DNA from: Amphiscolops sp. MND2022
Lineage: Eukaryota
Direction: 5' to 3'
Assembly: GCA_964187785.1 (NCBI GenBank)
Contig: OZ076409.1
Location: 72,294,001 to 72,358,000, forward strand
DNA: 64,000 nt
Positions 51,901 through 64,000 of this stretch are shown one piece after another. The notes beneath the pieces were generated by a model that saw only the letters and a list, made by a program, of their open reading frames with translations, was not told the DNA's origin and ran no database searches. A program made the translations under genes and the position numbers. Every line of letters begins with the position of its first letter. The stretch's first letter is position 1.

Positions 51901-53691
51901 CACATACCGATCAACTCTACTTCTATTGTAGATTATCAGATTTTTGTTTAGAACAAATTTTTATGGATATAAAAAATTTTTAAACCCTCCAAAAATGAGC
52001 CAAAATAACACGAAAAAATGGACCCTAAATTTTTAAAATGTCAAAAAATTATCCAAACCACAGCTTCTTGGGGTTCTATCAGCTCCACGTGGTCCACAGA
52101 GTATGCTAAAACAGGTTTTGCCCGTTTTTGAGCAGTATATGAAAAAGCCGACATTTTTGGGGAAGAAAAACATACCATTTCCTAAATAATTTCAAATGCA
52201 GGCAATTTGCCGTATGAGAGTAGCACAGAAAACTATCACACACCGATCAACTCTACTTCTTTTGTAGATTATCAGAATTATGTTTAGAGTAAAGTTTTAT
52301 GGATATGAAAAATTTTTATACCCTCCAAAAATGGGCCAAAATGACACGAAAAAATTGACCTCAAATTTTTAAAATGTCAAAAAATTATCCAAACCACAGC
52401 GTCTTGGCGTTCTATCAACTCCAAATGACCTTCAGAGTATACCAAACCAGGTATTGCCAATCTTTTGAGCAATATTTAAAAACACCGACTATTTGGCAAG
52501 AACACCATAATATGTTCCATATAAGAAGTGAATCATTCCACATATATACCCGGTCTAATATTTTCAAATTAGCGATAACATTAATACATGATGTTTTTTG
52601 AAAGTGAGCTTCATAAGAGGTTGAGATGTAATAATACGTAAATGGACCCTAAGTTTCATTGAAATCTCAATGGAATACGTCCAATCAACTTCAATCCTAA
52701 CTATTATATAACAAGAAACACTTGAGTACATTCCATCTCCCCATCGGGGGAGATGAGAATGTACTTTTCAAAAGCCAAAATTTTCGAATTTTAAATCTTT
52801 TGTAACATTGTATGTAACTGTTGAAACGATGAACGAATAAAAATGCTTCTAGTACCTTCATCAATTTTTGCTTCAGCTCCTATTTCTGCAGAACAAAACC
52901 AAAAGACACACTTACAGCAGTTAAGTTCGATTGTATAACTCAGTGAATAAAGGTATGACTGAGGAAGTTCACAAGTTGTTTCAAAAGTTTCCGGCCTTCC
53001 AAAATCATGAAACGTCCACACAACCAAGATAGCAAGTGAAAGAATGCTGAATGCACCTTATTAGATGAGATAAATAACGTGTGGAACTTGCCATTATCTT
53101 AAGATGACGTTGATTTATGATCTTTTAAGGATAGTTCGATATGTGACCACAATAGTGGAAAACTTATTACTATTTGAAGAACACCGTGGAAAGCGTTCAG
53201 AAAGGACAGTATATTTGTTTCGAGCATGCATGCGTGTGTTCCTTTGGTGACGTTAGCTTAGTGTACATGACGGAGGTATTCGAGAGATTATGATAGAGTT
53301 TACTCACAAGTCTTTGTTTTTTAAAACTTTCTATGCCGTTGAGTACATTCGTAAGGTACATCCATCCCCTTCTCTGGGAATGTACGTTTGCCAAATGACT
53401 GTCATCCAAAATTCGTAATCCGGACGAGTTTAACTACATAAACATGTGATGAGCGTTTTCTATTCAAAACCGAATAACTTTTTTTTTCTCGAAAATGATG
53501 ATGGTTTTGATTTTGATGTCTTCTACTTTTATCATCATGCAAACGACCTTACCATGTCTCTCTTCTGTCGTCATTTGTACAACGCCACATAGCGTTCCGA
53601 CGCCCACCGTCTGTGGGCATGCCGAGGCATGCCCTTCGACGACGTATGCCAAATGAGCCATACCCGCACTCTGGAGTGCGGTAGCGGCTAG
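48929..53691 (+). mobile_element. U20: 4763-bp unit, family B long form (variant 1)
   Basis: Body matches U15 (offset ~15505). Hairpin at 52725-52765. Confidence 0.65.
51160..52500. repeat. Internal tandem repeat, ~4 x 336 bp
   Basis: Copy of 35655-36995. Confidence 0.88.
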
Positions 53692-55678
53692 GTGGGCGGG
53701 GGTAATTCCCCAACAAAAAAATCGGCCGGCGGGTCGGGTCCTGCCGGCCGTCCAAAATCAAAATCCTCCTAGTAGAAAACGGCATGTCAAACGAGCTATT
53801 TTTTTATTTAACCATACGAATTTCACCATTTTTTGCATGCGGCCCTGAAATGGCCATACGAGACGAAGTTCCTGCTGACGTTTTGCGATGTAAATGTTTT
53901 ATAAAAAGTTATGGCCGATTTGTCATTCACCTAGAAGGGTAAAATGAGGAAAATTTTAACAAAGTCGCTGATAACTCAAAATGTGGTAATTTTTGGACTT
54001 TGACTGTGAAACAAGCTTGGAACCTTCATTTCGTGGCTGGGGCATTGGACTGAACACAAAAGATGTAAAGTTTTTACGTTTTTTGAAAATTCGACATTTT
54101 TGAAATTTTTTTCACTACTATCAGTACCCCATATGTCAAAAACACCTCAGAAAAATATTTTTATTTGCTTTAAATTGGAAACCTTGGTATCCATGGTTTC
54201 TGTCGGAACCTACTCGCAGCCAAACACCCAACAGTTTGCATCCAATGTGAAAATAAAAATTTTTTCGGGGTCATAAGCGTTTCACAAGGATTTCTCAACT
54301 TAGTATTAATTTACAAAATGGTCATTTTGAACATAATATTTTCATCGAGGCTTGTCGGCTATAGCCTTAATGTTCTAGAACGGTCCCACTGGCAACGTAG
54401 CAACCATTTATAGTAATATAAAAGGTTAAAAAATTTTTTTCACCCGGTCTTCAGTCATTTTTCAGACATTCGGAACATAACTTAGAAAATTTTCGACCCA
54501 AATACCCATTTTTTGTCAGGTCGAAAATTAAAATTCAGCTATTAAAGCAAAATTATTTACTCTGACGTAACCAGTGGGGCCCATGATACTCAAAAACACC
54601 ATTGGCACTGGTACCAATGGCTCCAATAACATATGAGTCGCGATAAGACGTTATTTTGAGCAATACGTCTCAATTGAGGTAAAGATCTCGCAAGCCAGCG
54701 ATCACTGTGAAATGTAAATTCATTAAAAATTTACTCATTTTCGTCAATCACCATGTGCACAGAGTGCGTAGGGTGAGTTCCAGCACTCTAATGAGGTTTT
54801 TGAAGGCATCGGGTTGCTCAAGGGGTGGTATGAGACATTTTTTTCCTATATACTACTGTATTTTCCAATATTTTTAGCCCAATATCTGGAAATACAAACT
54901 TGACAAAATACTTTCAACTACTTTATTCAAAGGTTACAATATAGATGAACACTGTGGTTGATCAGAAACTTTCATCTCTTTCGTTTTCCGAAATATTTCC
55001 CTTCACATGTGTTATATTTTTAGCAGAATAAAAAATCGAAACTGAAATATACGCTATTTTGCTAATATAGAATCGCAATGATTGTGCCTAAAAACTCTTT
55101 AAACACTTCTAACGCAACCTTACGCACCCGAAATGATCGAAAATGCTATTCACAATTGTGACATGTGCTCTTTCTACGATCCTGGCTGGACAAGGTTTGC
55201 ATATTTTTCAAGTACCTGTCTGCTGAATCTTGTGATAGCCTTTTAAGTTGGCCTTGTGTCAACTTGGGAAGGCTATCACTTCAAACAACCATCAACAAAA
55301 ATAATTTTTGTTTATTGGATATTACAGTTGATTCCTTTTTTCGTGATTCTATATTACCGTTAGTATATTCCATGAGGTCACCTTACGATTGCATTGAGAC
55401 TTTGATAAAAACCTATGAACTCAAAGTCACATTTATATATTTTTTTGCCCAAAAAAATCATCAAAAACATCTATAATATATAAAATAGAGTCTTTAACAT
55501 TTTTACGTTTCAAGTTTCTGCCGTTATTAAGCCAATCAACTTCCTACAGCCACGCTCTCTGTCATTCTGTACAACGCCACATAGTGTTGCGACGTGCACG
55601 GTCTGTGGGCATGCCGAGGCATGCCCTTCGACGACGTATGCCGAATACCGCGGGCCTACGCCCGCGCTCCCCGGCTAG
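53692..55678 (+). mobile_element. U21: 1987-bp unit, family B 2-kb form
   Basis: Near-identical to U23 (offset 3995). Hairpin at 55232-55279. Confidence 0.65.
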
Positions 55679-57686
55679 GTGGGCGGGGAAATTTCACCCC
55701 GTTTGTATTCGGCCGACGGGTAGGGTCCTGGCGGCCGACGATCCGCCTTAAGCTAGCGGTATGTAGCAGAAATTGCAAAAAAAAGACCTAAAATTTAATC
55801 TAACCATTAGAATTTGCTCAAAATTTGCATGCGGCCCTCAAATCCTATTGCAAGACGAAGTTCCTGCTGACGCTAAGCGTTCTATAAACTTTATAAAAAG
55901 TTATGGCCAATTTTTTGTTCAAAATTTCAACATTTTTGGGAAATTTCTAATTTTTCACTTAATATCTCAAAATGTGTTAATTTTTGAACTTTGACTGTGA
56001 AACAAGCTTGGAACCTTCATTTCGTGGCTGTGGCATTGCACTGAACACAAAAGATGTAAAGTTTTTACATTTTTCGAAAATTCGAGATTTTTGAAATTTT
56101 TTTCACTACTATCAGTACCCCATATGTCAAAAACACATCAGAAAAAAATTTTTATTTGCTTTAAATTGGAAACCTTGGTATCCATGGTTACTGTCGGAAC
56201 CTACTCGCAGCCAAACACCCAACAGTTTGCATCCAATGTGAAAATAAAAATTTTTTTCTGGGTCATAAGCGTTTCACATGGATTTTACAACTTAGTTTTA
56301 ATTTACAAGTTGGTCATTTTGAACACAATATTTTCATCGAGGCTTGTCGGCTATAGCCTTAATGTTCTAGAACGGTCCTACTGGCAACGTAGGAACCATT
56401 TATAGCAATAGAAAGTTTTAAAAAAATATTTTCACCTAGTCTTCAGTCATTTTTCAGTCATTCGGAACTTAACTTAGAAAAATTTCGACCAAAATACCCA
56501 TTTTTTGTCAGGTCGAAAAATGAAATTAAGATTTTCAAGCAAAATTATTAACTCTGACGTAACCCATGGGGCCTATGATACTCAAAACAACGATTGACAC
56601 TGGTATCAATGGCTCCAATAACATATGAGTCGCGATAAGACGTTATTTTGAGCAATACGTCTCAATTGAGGTAAAGATCTCGCAAGCCAGCGATCACTGT
56701 GAAATGTGATTTCATCAAAAATTTACTCATTTTTGTCAATCACTATGTGCACAGAGTGCGTAGGATGAGTTTCAGCACTATAATGAGGTTTTTGATGTAA
56801 TCGGCCTGCTCAAGGTTGTGTATGAGACATTTTTTTCCCATATAGTACTATATTTTCCAAAATTTTTAGCCCATTATCTCAAAAACCTAACTTCGCAAAA
56901 TGCTTTCAACTACTTTATTCTAAGGTTAGAATATGAATGAACACTGTGGTTGATCAGAACCTCTCAATTTTTTTTGTTTTCCGAAAAAATACCTTCGCAT
57001 GGGTTACATTTATGGCAGAAGAGAAAGCAGAAGATAAAAAATACGCTATTTTGCTAAGATAGAAACGCGATGATTGTGCCTAAATACCCTTTAAATACTT
57101 CTAACGCAACCTTATGGACCCAATATGATTGGAAATACCGTTCACAGTCCTCACATGTACTCTTTCTACAATCCAGACTGCACATTTTTTGAAAATTTTA
57201 CATGTAGCTTTAAACTGATACTTGTGATAGCCTTTTAAGTTGACCTTGTGTCAACTTGGGAAGGCTATCACCACCAAAAACTATAAACAAAACTACCATT
57301 TGTTAATCGGATTTTGCTGTCGATGCCTATTTTCGTGATTGTATACTACCGTTAGTATCTTCCATCATGTCAGCTGACGATAGCATGCAGAGTTTGAAAA
57401 AATACCTATGAACTCGAAGACATTTTTGTTCATTATTTGGTAAATAATTTTATTTCTAAATAATAAATAACAACTTCTAACCTTTGAATACTATCACATT
57501 TGTTTTCTCTTCCGTTATCAGTCTTCCGTCACCCATGATCTGAGCCTATGTCATGACCCTGTGATTTGTATAACAACGCCACATACCAACATCAACGCCC
57601 ACCGTCTGTGGGCATGCCGAGGCATGCCCTTCGACGACGTATGCCAAATAAGCCTTACCCGCACTCTGGAGTGCGGTAGCAGCTAG
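55679..57686 (+). mobile_element. U22: 2008-bp unit, family B 2-kb form
   Basis: Hairpin at 57224-57271; body related to U18. Confidence 0.65.
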
Positions 57687-59673
57687 GTGGGCGGGGGTAA
57701 TTCCCCAACAAAAAAATCGGCCGGCGGGTCGGGTCCTGCCGGCCGTCCAAAATCAAAATCCTCCTAGTAGAAAACGGCATGTCAAACGAGCTATTTTTTT
57801 ATTTAACCATACGAATTTCACCATTTTTTGCATGCGGCCCTGAAATGGCCATACGAGACGAAGTTCCTGCTGACGTTTTGCGATGTAAATGTTTTATAAA
57901 AAGTTATGGCCGATTTGTCATTCACCTAGAAGGGTAAAATGAGGAAAATTTTAACAAAGTCGCTGATAACTCAAAATGTGGTAATTTTTGGACTTTGACT
58001 GTGAAACAAGCTTGGAACCTTCATTTCGTGGCTGGGGCATTGGACTGAACACAAAAGATGTAAAGTTTTTACGTTTTTTGAAAATTCGACATTTTTGAAA
58101 TTTTTTTCACTACTATCAGTACCCCATATGTCAAAAACACCTCAGAAAAATATTTTTATTTGCTTTAAATTGGAAACCTTGGTATCCATGGTTTCTGTCG
58201 GAACCTACTCGCAGCCAAACACCCAACAGTTTGCATCCAATGTGAAAATAAAAATTTTTTCGGGGTCATAAGCGTTTCACAAGGATTTCTCAACTTAGTA
58301 TTAATTTACAAAATGGTCATTTTGAACATAATATTTTCATCGAGGCTTGTCGGCTATAGCCTTAATGTTCTAGAACGGTCCCACTGGCAACGTAGCAACC
58401 ATTTATAGTAATATAAAAGGTTAAAAAATTTTTTTCACCCGGTCTTCAGTCATTTTTCAGACATTCGGAACATAACTTAGAAAATTTTCGACCCAAATAC
58501 CCATTTTTTGTCAGGTCGAAAATTAAAATTCAGCTATTAAAGCAAAATTATTTACTCTGACGTAACCAGTGGGGCCCATGATACTCAAAAACACCATTGG
58601 CACTGGTACCAATGGCTCCAATAACATATGAGTCGCGATAAGACGTTATTTTGAGCAATACGTCTCAATTGAGGTAAAGATCTCGCAAGCCAGCGATCAC
58701 TGTGAAATGTAAATTCATTAAAAATTTACTCATTTTCGTCAATCACCATGTGCACAGAGTGCGTAGGGTGAGTTCCAGCACTATAATGAGGTTTTTGAAG
58801 GCATCGGGTTGCTCAAGGGGTGGTATGAGACATTTTTTTCCTATATACTACTGTATTTTCCAATATTTTTAGCCCAATATCTGGAAATACAAACTTGACA
58901 AAATACTTTCAACTACTTTATTCAAAGGTTACAATATAGATGAACACTGTGGTTGATCAGAAACTTTCATCTCTTTCGTTTTCCGAAATATTTCCCTTCA
59001 CATGTGTTATATTTTTAGCAGAATAAAAAATCGAAACTGAAATATACGCTATTTTGCTAATATAGAATCGCAATGATTGTGCCTAAAAACTCTTTAAACA
59101 CTTCTAACGCAACCTTACGCACCCGAAATGATCGAAAATGCTATTCACAATTGTGACATGTGCTCTTTCTACGATCCTGGCTGGACAAGGTTTGCATATT
59201 TTTCAAGTACCTGTCTGCTGAATCTTGTGATAGCCTTTTAAGTTGGCCTTGTGTCAACTTGGGAAGGCTATCACTTCAAACAACCATCAACAAAAATAAT
59301 TTTTGTTTATTGGATATTACAGTTGATTCCTTTTTTCGTGATTCTATATTACCGTTAGTATATTCCATGAGGTCACCTTACGATTGCATTGAGACTTTGA
59401 TAAAAACCTATGAACTCAAAGTCACATTTATATATTTTTTTGCCCAAAAAAATCATCAAAAACATCTATAATATATAAAATAGAGTCTTTAACATTTTTA
59501 CGTTTCAAGTTTCTGCCGTTATTAAGCCAATCAACTTCCTACAGCCACGCTCTCTGTCATTCTGTACAACGCCACATAGTGTTGCGACGTGCACGGTCTG
59601 TGGGCATGCCGAGGCATGCCCTTCGACGACGTATGCCGAATACCGCGGGCCTACGCCCGCGCTCCCCGGCTAG
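57687..59673 (+). mobile_element. U23: 1987-bp unit, family B 2-kb form
   Basis: Copy of U21. Hairpin at 59227-59274. Confidence 0.65.
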
Positions 59674-61658
59674 GTGGGCGGGGGTAATTCCCCAACAAAA
59701 ATTACGGCCGGCGGGTTGGGTCCTGCCGGACGTCAAATAGCAAAGAATATCTAGTAGGAAACGGCGACACAGAATCGCGATTTTTAAATCTAACCACAAT
59801 TTTTTGGACTTGGAGTGCATGCGGCCCTGAAATGCCCATACGAATCGAAGTTCCTGCTGACATTAAGCGATTGAAATAATATATAAAAAGTTATGGCCCA
59901 TTTTTCACTCACAAAGAAGGGTAAAATGAGGAAATTTTTAACAAAGTCGCTGATAACTCAAAATGTGATAATTTTTGGACATTGACTGTGAAACAAGCTC
60001 GGAACCTTCATTTCGTGGCTGTGGCATTGCACTGAACACAAAAGATGTAAAGTTTTTACATTTTTTCAAAATTCGAAATTTTTGAAATTTTTTTCACTAC
60101 TATCAGTACCCCATATGTCAAAAACGCCTCAGAAAAAATTTTTTATTTGCTTTAAATTGGAAACCTTGGTATCCATGGTTTCTGTCGGATCCTACTCGCA
60201 GTCAAACACCCAACAGTTTGCATCCAATGTGGAAATAAAAATTTTTTCGGGGTCATAAGCGTTTCACAAGGATTTCTCAACTTAGTTTCAATTTACAAAT
60301 TGGTCACATTGAACACATTATTTTCATCGAAGCGCGTCAGATACCGCCCTAAAGCTCACGAACGGTCCTACTGGCAACGTAGCAACCATTTATAGTAATA
60401 TAAAAGATTAAAAAAATTTTTTCACCCGGTCTTCAGTCATTTTTCAGTCATTCGGAACTTAACTTAGAAAAATTTCGACCAAAATACCCATTTTTTGTCA
60501 GGTCGAAAAATCGAATTCAGATTTTTAAGCAAAATTATTAACTCTGACGTAACTCATGGGGCCCATGATACTCAAAACAACGATTGACACTGGTATCAAT
60601 GGCTCCAATAACATATGAGTCGCGATCGGACGTTATTTTGAGCAATACGTCTCAATTGAGGTAAAGATCTCGCAAGCCAGCGATCACTGTCAAATGTGAT
60701 TTCATCAAAAATTTACTCATTTTTGTCAATCATTATGTGCACAGAATGCGTAGGGTGCGTTTCAGCACTATAATGAGATTTTTGAATGCATCGAGTTGCT
60801 CAAGGGGTGGTACGAGACATTTTTGTCCCATATACTACTGTATTTTCCAAAATTTTTAGCCCAATATCTGGAAATACAAACTTGACAAAATACTTTCAAC
60901 TACTTTATTCAAAGATTACGATATAGATGAACACTGTGGTTGATCAGAAACTTTCATCTCTTTCGTTTTCCGAAATATTTTCCTTCGCATGTGTTATATT
61001 TGTATCAGAAAAAAAATCGAAACTGAAAAATACGCTATTTTGCTAATATAGAATCGCAATGATTGTGCCTAAAAACTCTTTAAACACTTCTTACGCGACC
61101 TTACGCACCCAAAATGATCGAAAATGCTATTCACAATGATGACATGTGCTCTTTCAACGATCCTGGCTGGACAAGGTTTGCATATTTTTCAAGTACCTGT
61201 CAGCTGAATCTTGTGATAGCCTTTTAAGTTGGCCTTGTGTCAACTTGGGAAGGCTATCACATCAAACAACCATCAACAAAAATAATTTTTGTTTATTGGA
61301 TATTACAGTTTATACCTTATTTCGTGATTCTATACTACCGTTAGTATATTCCATGAGGTCACCTTACGATTGCATTCAGACTTTGATGAAAACCTATGAA
61401 CTCAAAGTCACATTTATATATTTTTTGCCCAAAAAAATCATCAAATACATCTAATATATATAAAATTGAGTCTTTAACTTTTTTACGTTTCAAGTTTCTG
61501 CCGTTATTAGGCCAATCAACTTCCTACAGCCACGCTCTCTGTCATACTGTACAACGCCACATAGTGTTGCGACGTGCACAGTCTGTGGGCATGCCGAGGC
61601 ATGCCCTTCGACGACGTATGCCGAATACCGCGGGCCTACGCCCGCGCTCCCCGGCTAG
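59674..61658 (+). mobile_element. U24: 1985-bp unit, family B 2-kb form
   Basis: Head as U16. Hairpin at 61213-61260. Confidence 0.65.
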
Positions 61659-63645
61659 GTGGGCGGGGGTAATTCCCCAACAAAAATTACGGCCGGCGGG
61701 TTGGGTCCTGCCGGACGTTCAAATAGCGCGAAGCATCTAGTAGAAAACAAGGAGTCCTGAAACAGCGATTTTAAAATTGAACCGTTAGAATTTGGTTTTA
61801 GATTGCATGCGGCCCTAAAATCCCCATACGAATGGAAGTTCCTGCTAGCGTTAAGCGATTGAAATAATATATAAAAAGTTATGGCCTATTTTTGGGTCAC
61901 CGAGAAGGTCAAAATGAAGAAAATTTTAACTAAGTTGCTGATAACTCAAAATGTGTTAATTTTTGGACTTTGACTGTGAAACAAGCTTAGAACCTTCATT
62001 TCGTGGCTGTGGCATTGCACTGAACACAATAGATGTAGAGTTTTTACATTTTTTGAAAATTCGACATTTTTGATTTTTTTTCACTACTATCAGTACACTA
62101 TATGTCAAAAACACCTCTGAAAAAAATTATTATTTGCTTAAAATTGGAAACCTTGGTATCCATGGTTTCTGTCGGAACCTACTCGCTGCCAAACACCCAA
62201 CAGTTTGCATCCAATGTGAATTTAAAATTTTTTTCGAGGTCATAAGGGTTTCACAAGGTTTTCATAACCTAGTATTAAACTACAAACTGGTCATTTTCAA
62301 CATAATATCTTTGTCGAGGCATGTCGGATATAGTCCTATTGCTCACGAACGGTCCTACTGGCAACGTAATAACCATTTATAGAAATGTAAAGTTATAAAA
62401 AAATTTTTTCACCCGGTCTTCAGTCATTTTTCAGTCATTCGGAACTTAACTTAGAAAAATTTCGACCAAAATATCCATTTTTTGTCAGGTCGAAAAATCA
62501 AATTAGGAATTTTAAGCAAAATTATTAACTCTGACGTAACCCATGGGGCCCATGATACTCAAAACAACGATTGACACTGGTATCAATGGCTCCAATAACA
62601 TATGAGTCGCGATAAGACGTTATTTTGAACATTACGTCTCAATTGAGGTAAAGATCTCGCAAGCCAGCGATCACTGTGAAATGTGATTTCATCAAAAATT
62701 TACTCCTTTTTGTCAATCACTATGTGCACAGAATGCGTAGGGTGCGTTTCAGCACTATAATGAGGTTTTTGAAGGCATCGAGTTGCTCAAAGGATGGTAT
62801 GAGACATTTTTGTCCCATATACTACTGTATTTTCCAAAATTTTTAGCCCAATATCTGGAAATACAAACTTAACAAAATACTTTCAACTACTTTATTCAGA
62901 GGTTACAATATAGATGAACACTGTGGTTGATCAGAAACTTTCATCTCTTTCGTTTTCCGAAATATTTCCCTTCGCATGTGTTACATTCGTAGCAGAAAAA
63001 AAAATCGAAACTGAAAAATACGCAATTTTGCTAATATAGAATCGCACTGATTGTGCCTAAAAACTCTTTAAACACTTCTAACGCAACCTTAGGCACCGAA
63101 AATGATCGAAAATGCTATTCACAATGGTGACATGTGCTCTTTCTACGATCCTGGCTGGACAAGGTTTGCATATTTTTCAAGTACCTGTCAGCTAAATCTT
63201 GTGATAGCCTTTTCAGTTGGCCTTGTGTCAACTTGGGAAGGCTATCACATCAAAAAACCATCAACAAAAATAATTTTTGTTTATTGGATCTTACAGTCGA
63301 TACTTTTTTTCGTGATTCTATACTACCGTTAGTATATTTCATCAGGTCACCTTACGATTGCATTCAGTCTTTGATAAAAACCTATGAACTCAAAGTCACA
63401 TTTATATATTTTTTGGCCAAAAAAACATCAAAAATATCTAAAATATATAAAATAGAGTCTTTAACATTTTTACGTTTCAAGTTTTTGCCGTTATTAAGCC
63501 AATCAACTTCCTACAGCCACGCTCTCTGTCATACTGTACAACGCCACATAGTGTTGCGACGTGCACAGTCTGTGGGCATGCCGAGGCATGCCCTTCGACG
63601 ACGTATGCCGAATACCGCGGGCCTACGCCCGCGCTCCCCGGCTAG
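61659..63645 (+). mobile_element. U25: 1987-bp unit, family B 2-kb form
   Basis: Head as U17. Hairpin at 63201-63248. Confidence 0.65.
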
Positions 63646-64000
63646 GTGGGCGGGGGTAATTCCCCAACAAAAATTACGGCCGGCGGGTTGGGTCCTGCCG
63701 GACGTTCAAATAGCGCGAAGCATCTAGTAGAAAACAAGGAGTCCTGAAACAGCGATTTTAAAATTGAACCGTTAGAATTTGGTTTTAGATTGCAAGCGGC
63801 CCTAAAATCCCCATACGAATGGAAGTTCCTGCTGGCGTTAAGCGATTGAAATAATATATAAAAAGTTATGGCCCATTTTTGGGTCACCGAGAAGGTCAAA
63901 ATGAAGAAAATTTTAACTAAGTTGCTGATAACTCAAAATGTGTTAATTTTTGGACTTTGACTGTGAAACAAGCTTGGAACCTTCATTTCGTGGCTGTGGC
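63646..64000 (+). mobile_element. U26: family B unit, truncated by the window end
   Basis: Head matches U17 and U25. Confidence 0.6.

Larger units (their letters stand above)
1..64000 (+). repeat. Heterogeneous head-to-tail array of 26 non-coding units joined at CTRG|GTGG; extends beyond both window edges
   Basis: Junctions fall after positions 3320, 4707, 5783, 10675, 15408, 16692, 18099, 19386, 20456, 21514, 22590, 27304, 28664, 33424, 38186, 40169, 42160, 44166, 48928, 53691, 55678, 57686, 59673, 61658 and 63645. Identity between related units starts and stops at this motif. Confidence 0.93.

Noticed and set aside
3205..63720. CRISPR-like repeat/spacer appearance of the recurring GC-rich junction block
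   Set aside because: The intervening segments are 1-5 kb and homologous to each other, and there are no cas genes.
63134..63727. Longest ORF (197 aa)
   Set aside because: It runs across a unit junction, is broken in sister copies (55165-55476, 59160-59471, 61146-61454) and has no recognisable domain.
1..64000. Bacterial integron with attC sites
   Set aside because: The units carry no ORFs, there is no intI, and I saw no RYYYAAC...GTTRRRY attC organisation. The integron comparison is an analogy only.
1..64000. Plain satellite DNA, or TIR/LTR transposons
   Set aside because: The monomers differ in size and family and are shuffled as whole units. No terminal inverted repeats, LTRs, target-site duplications or poly(A) tails were seen.

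Overview
This AT-rich window has no credible protein-coding gene, rRNA, tRNA or CRISPR array. It is probably animal genomic DNA, but the species cannot be determined from sequence alone. The whole 64 kb is a head-to-tail, single-orientation array of 26 non-coding units (24 complete) from several distantly related families. All are joined without spacer at one junction motif, CTRG|GTGG (22x CTAG|GTGG, 2x CTGG|GTGG, 1x CTAG|GTGC). Units fall into discrete size classes (~1.06-1.08, ~1.28, ~1.4, ~2.0 and ~4.7-4.9 kb) and share one architecture. The head has GTGG, GC-rich hairpins and a conserved three-part box at about +105 to +200. The interior is variable and often expanded by 336- or ~355-bp sub-repeats. 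Each unit has one ~40-48-bp internal hairpin, most have a subterminal GGGCATGCCGAGGCATGCCC palindrome plus a short hairpin, and all end in CTRG. The 3' ends resemble Helitron ends, but the 5' GTGG start and the insertion at each other's junction are non-canonical. The most striking observation is that the internal hairpin always lies 20-24% of the unit length from the 3' end, across a 4.6-fold size range and four different hairpin sequences. The best interpretation (inference) is a site-specific cassette-like array of non-autonomous rolling-circle or minicircle elements. No mobilising enzyme is encoded in the window. All coordinates were counted by eye and sub-repeat limits are approximate.
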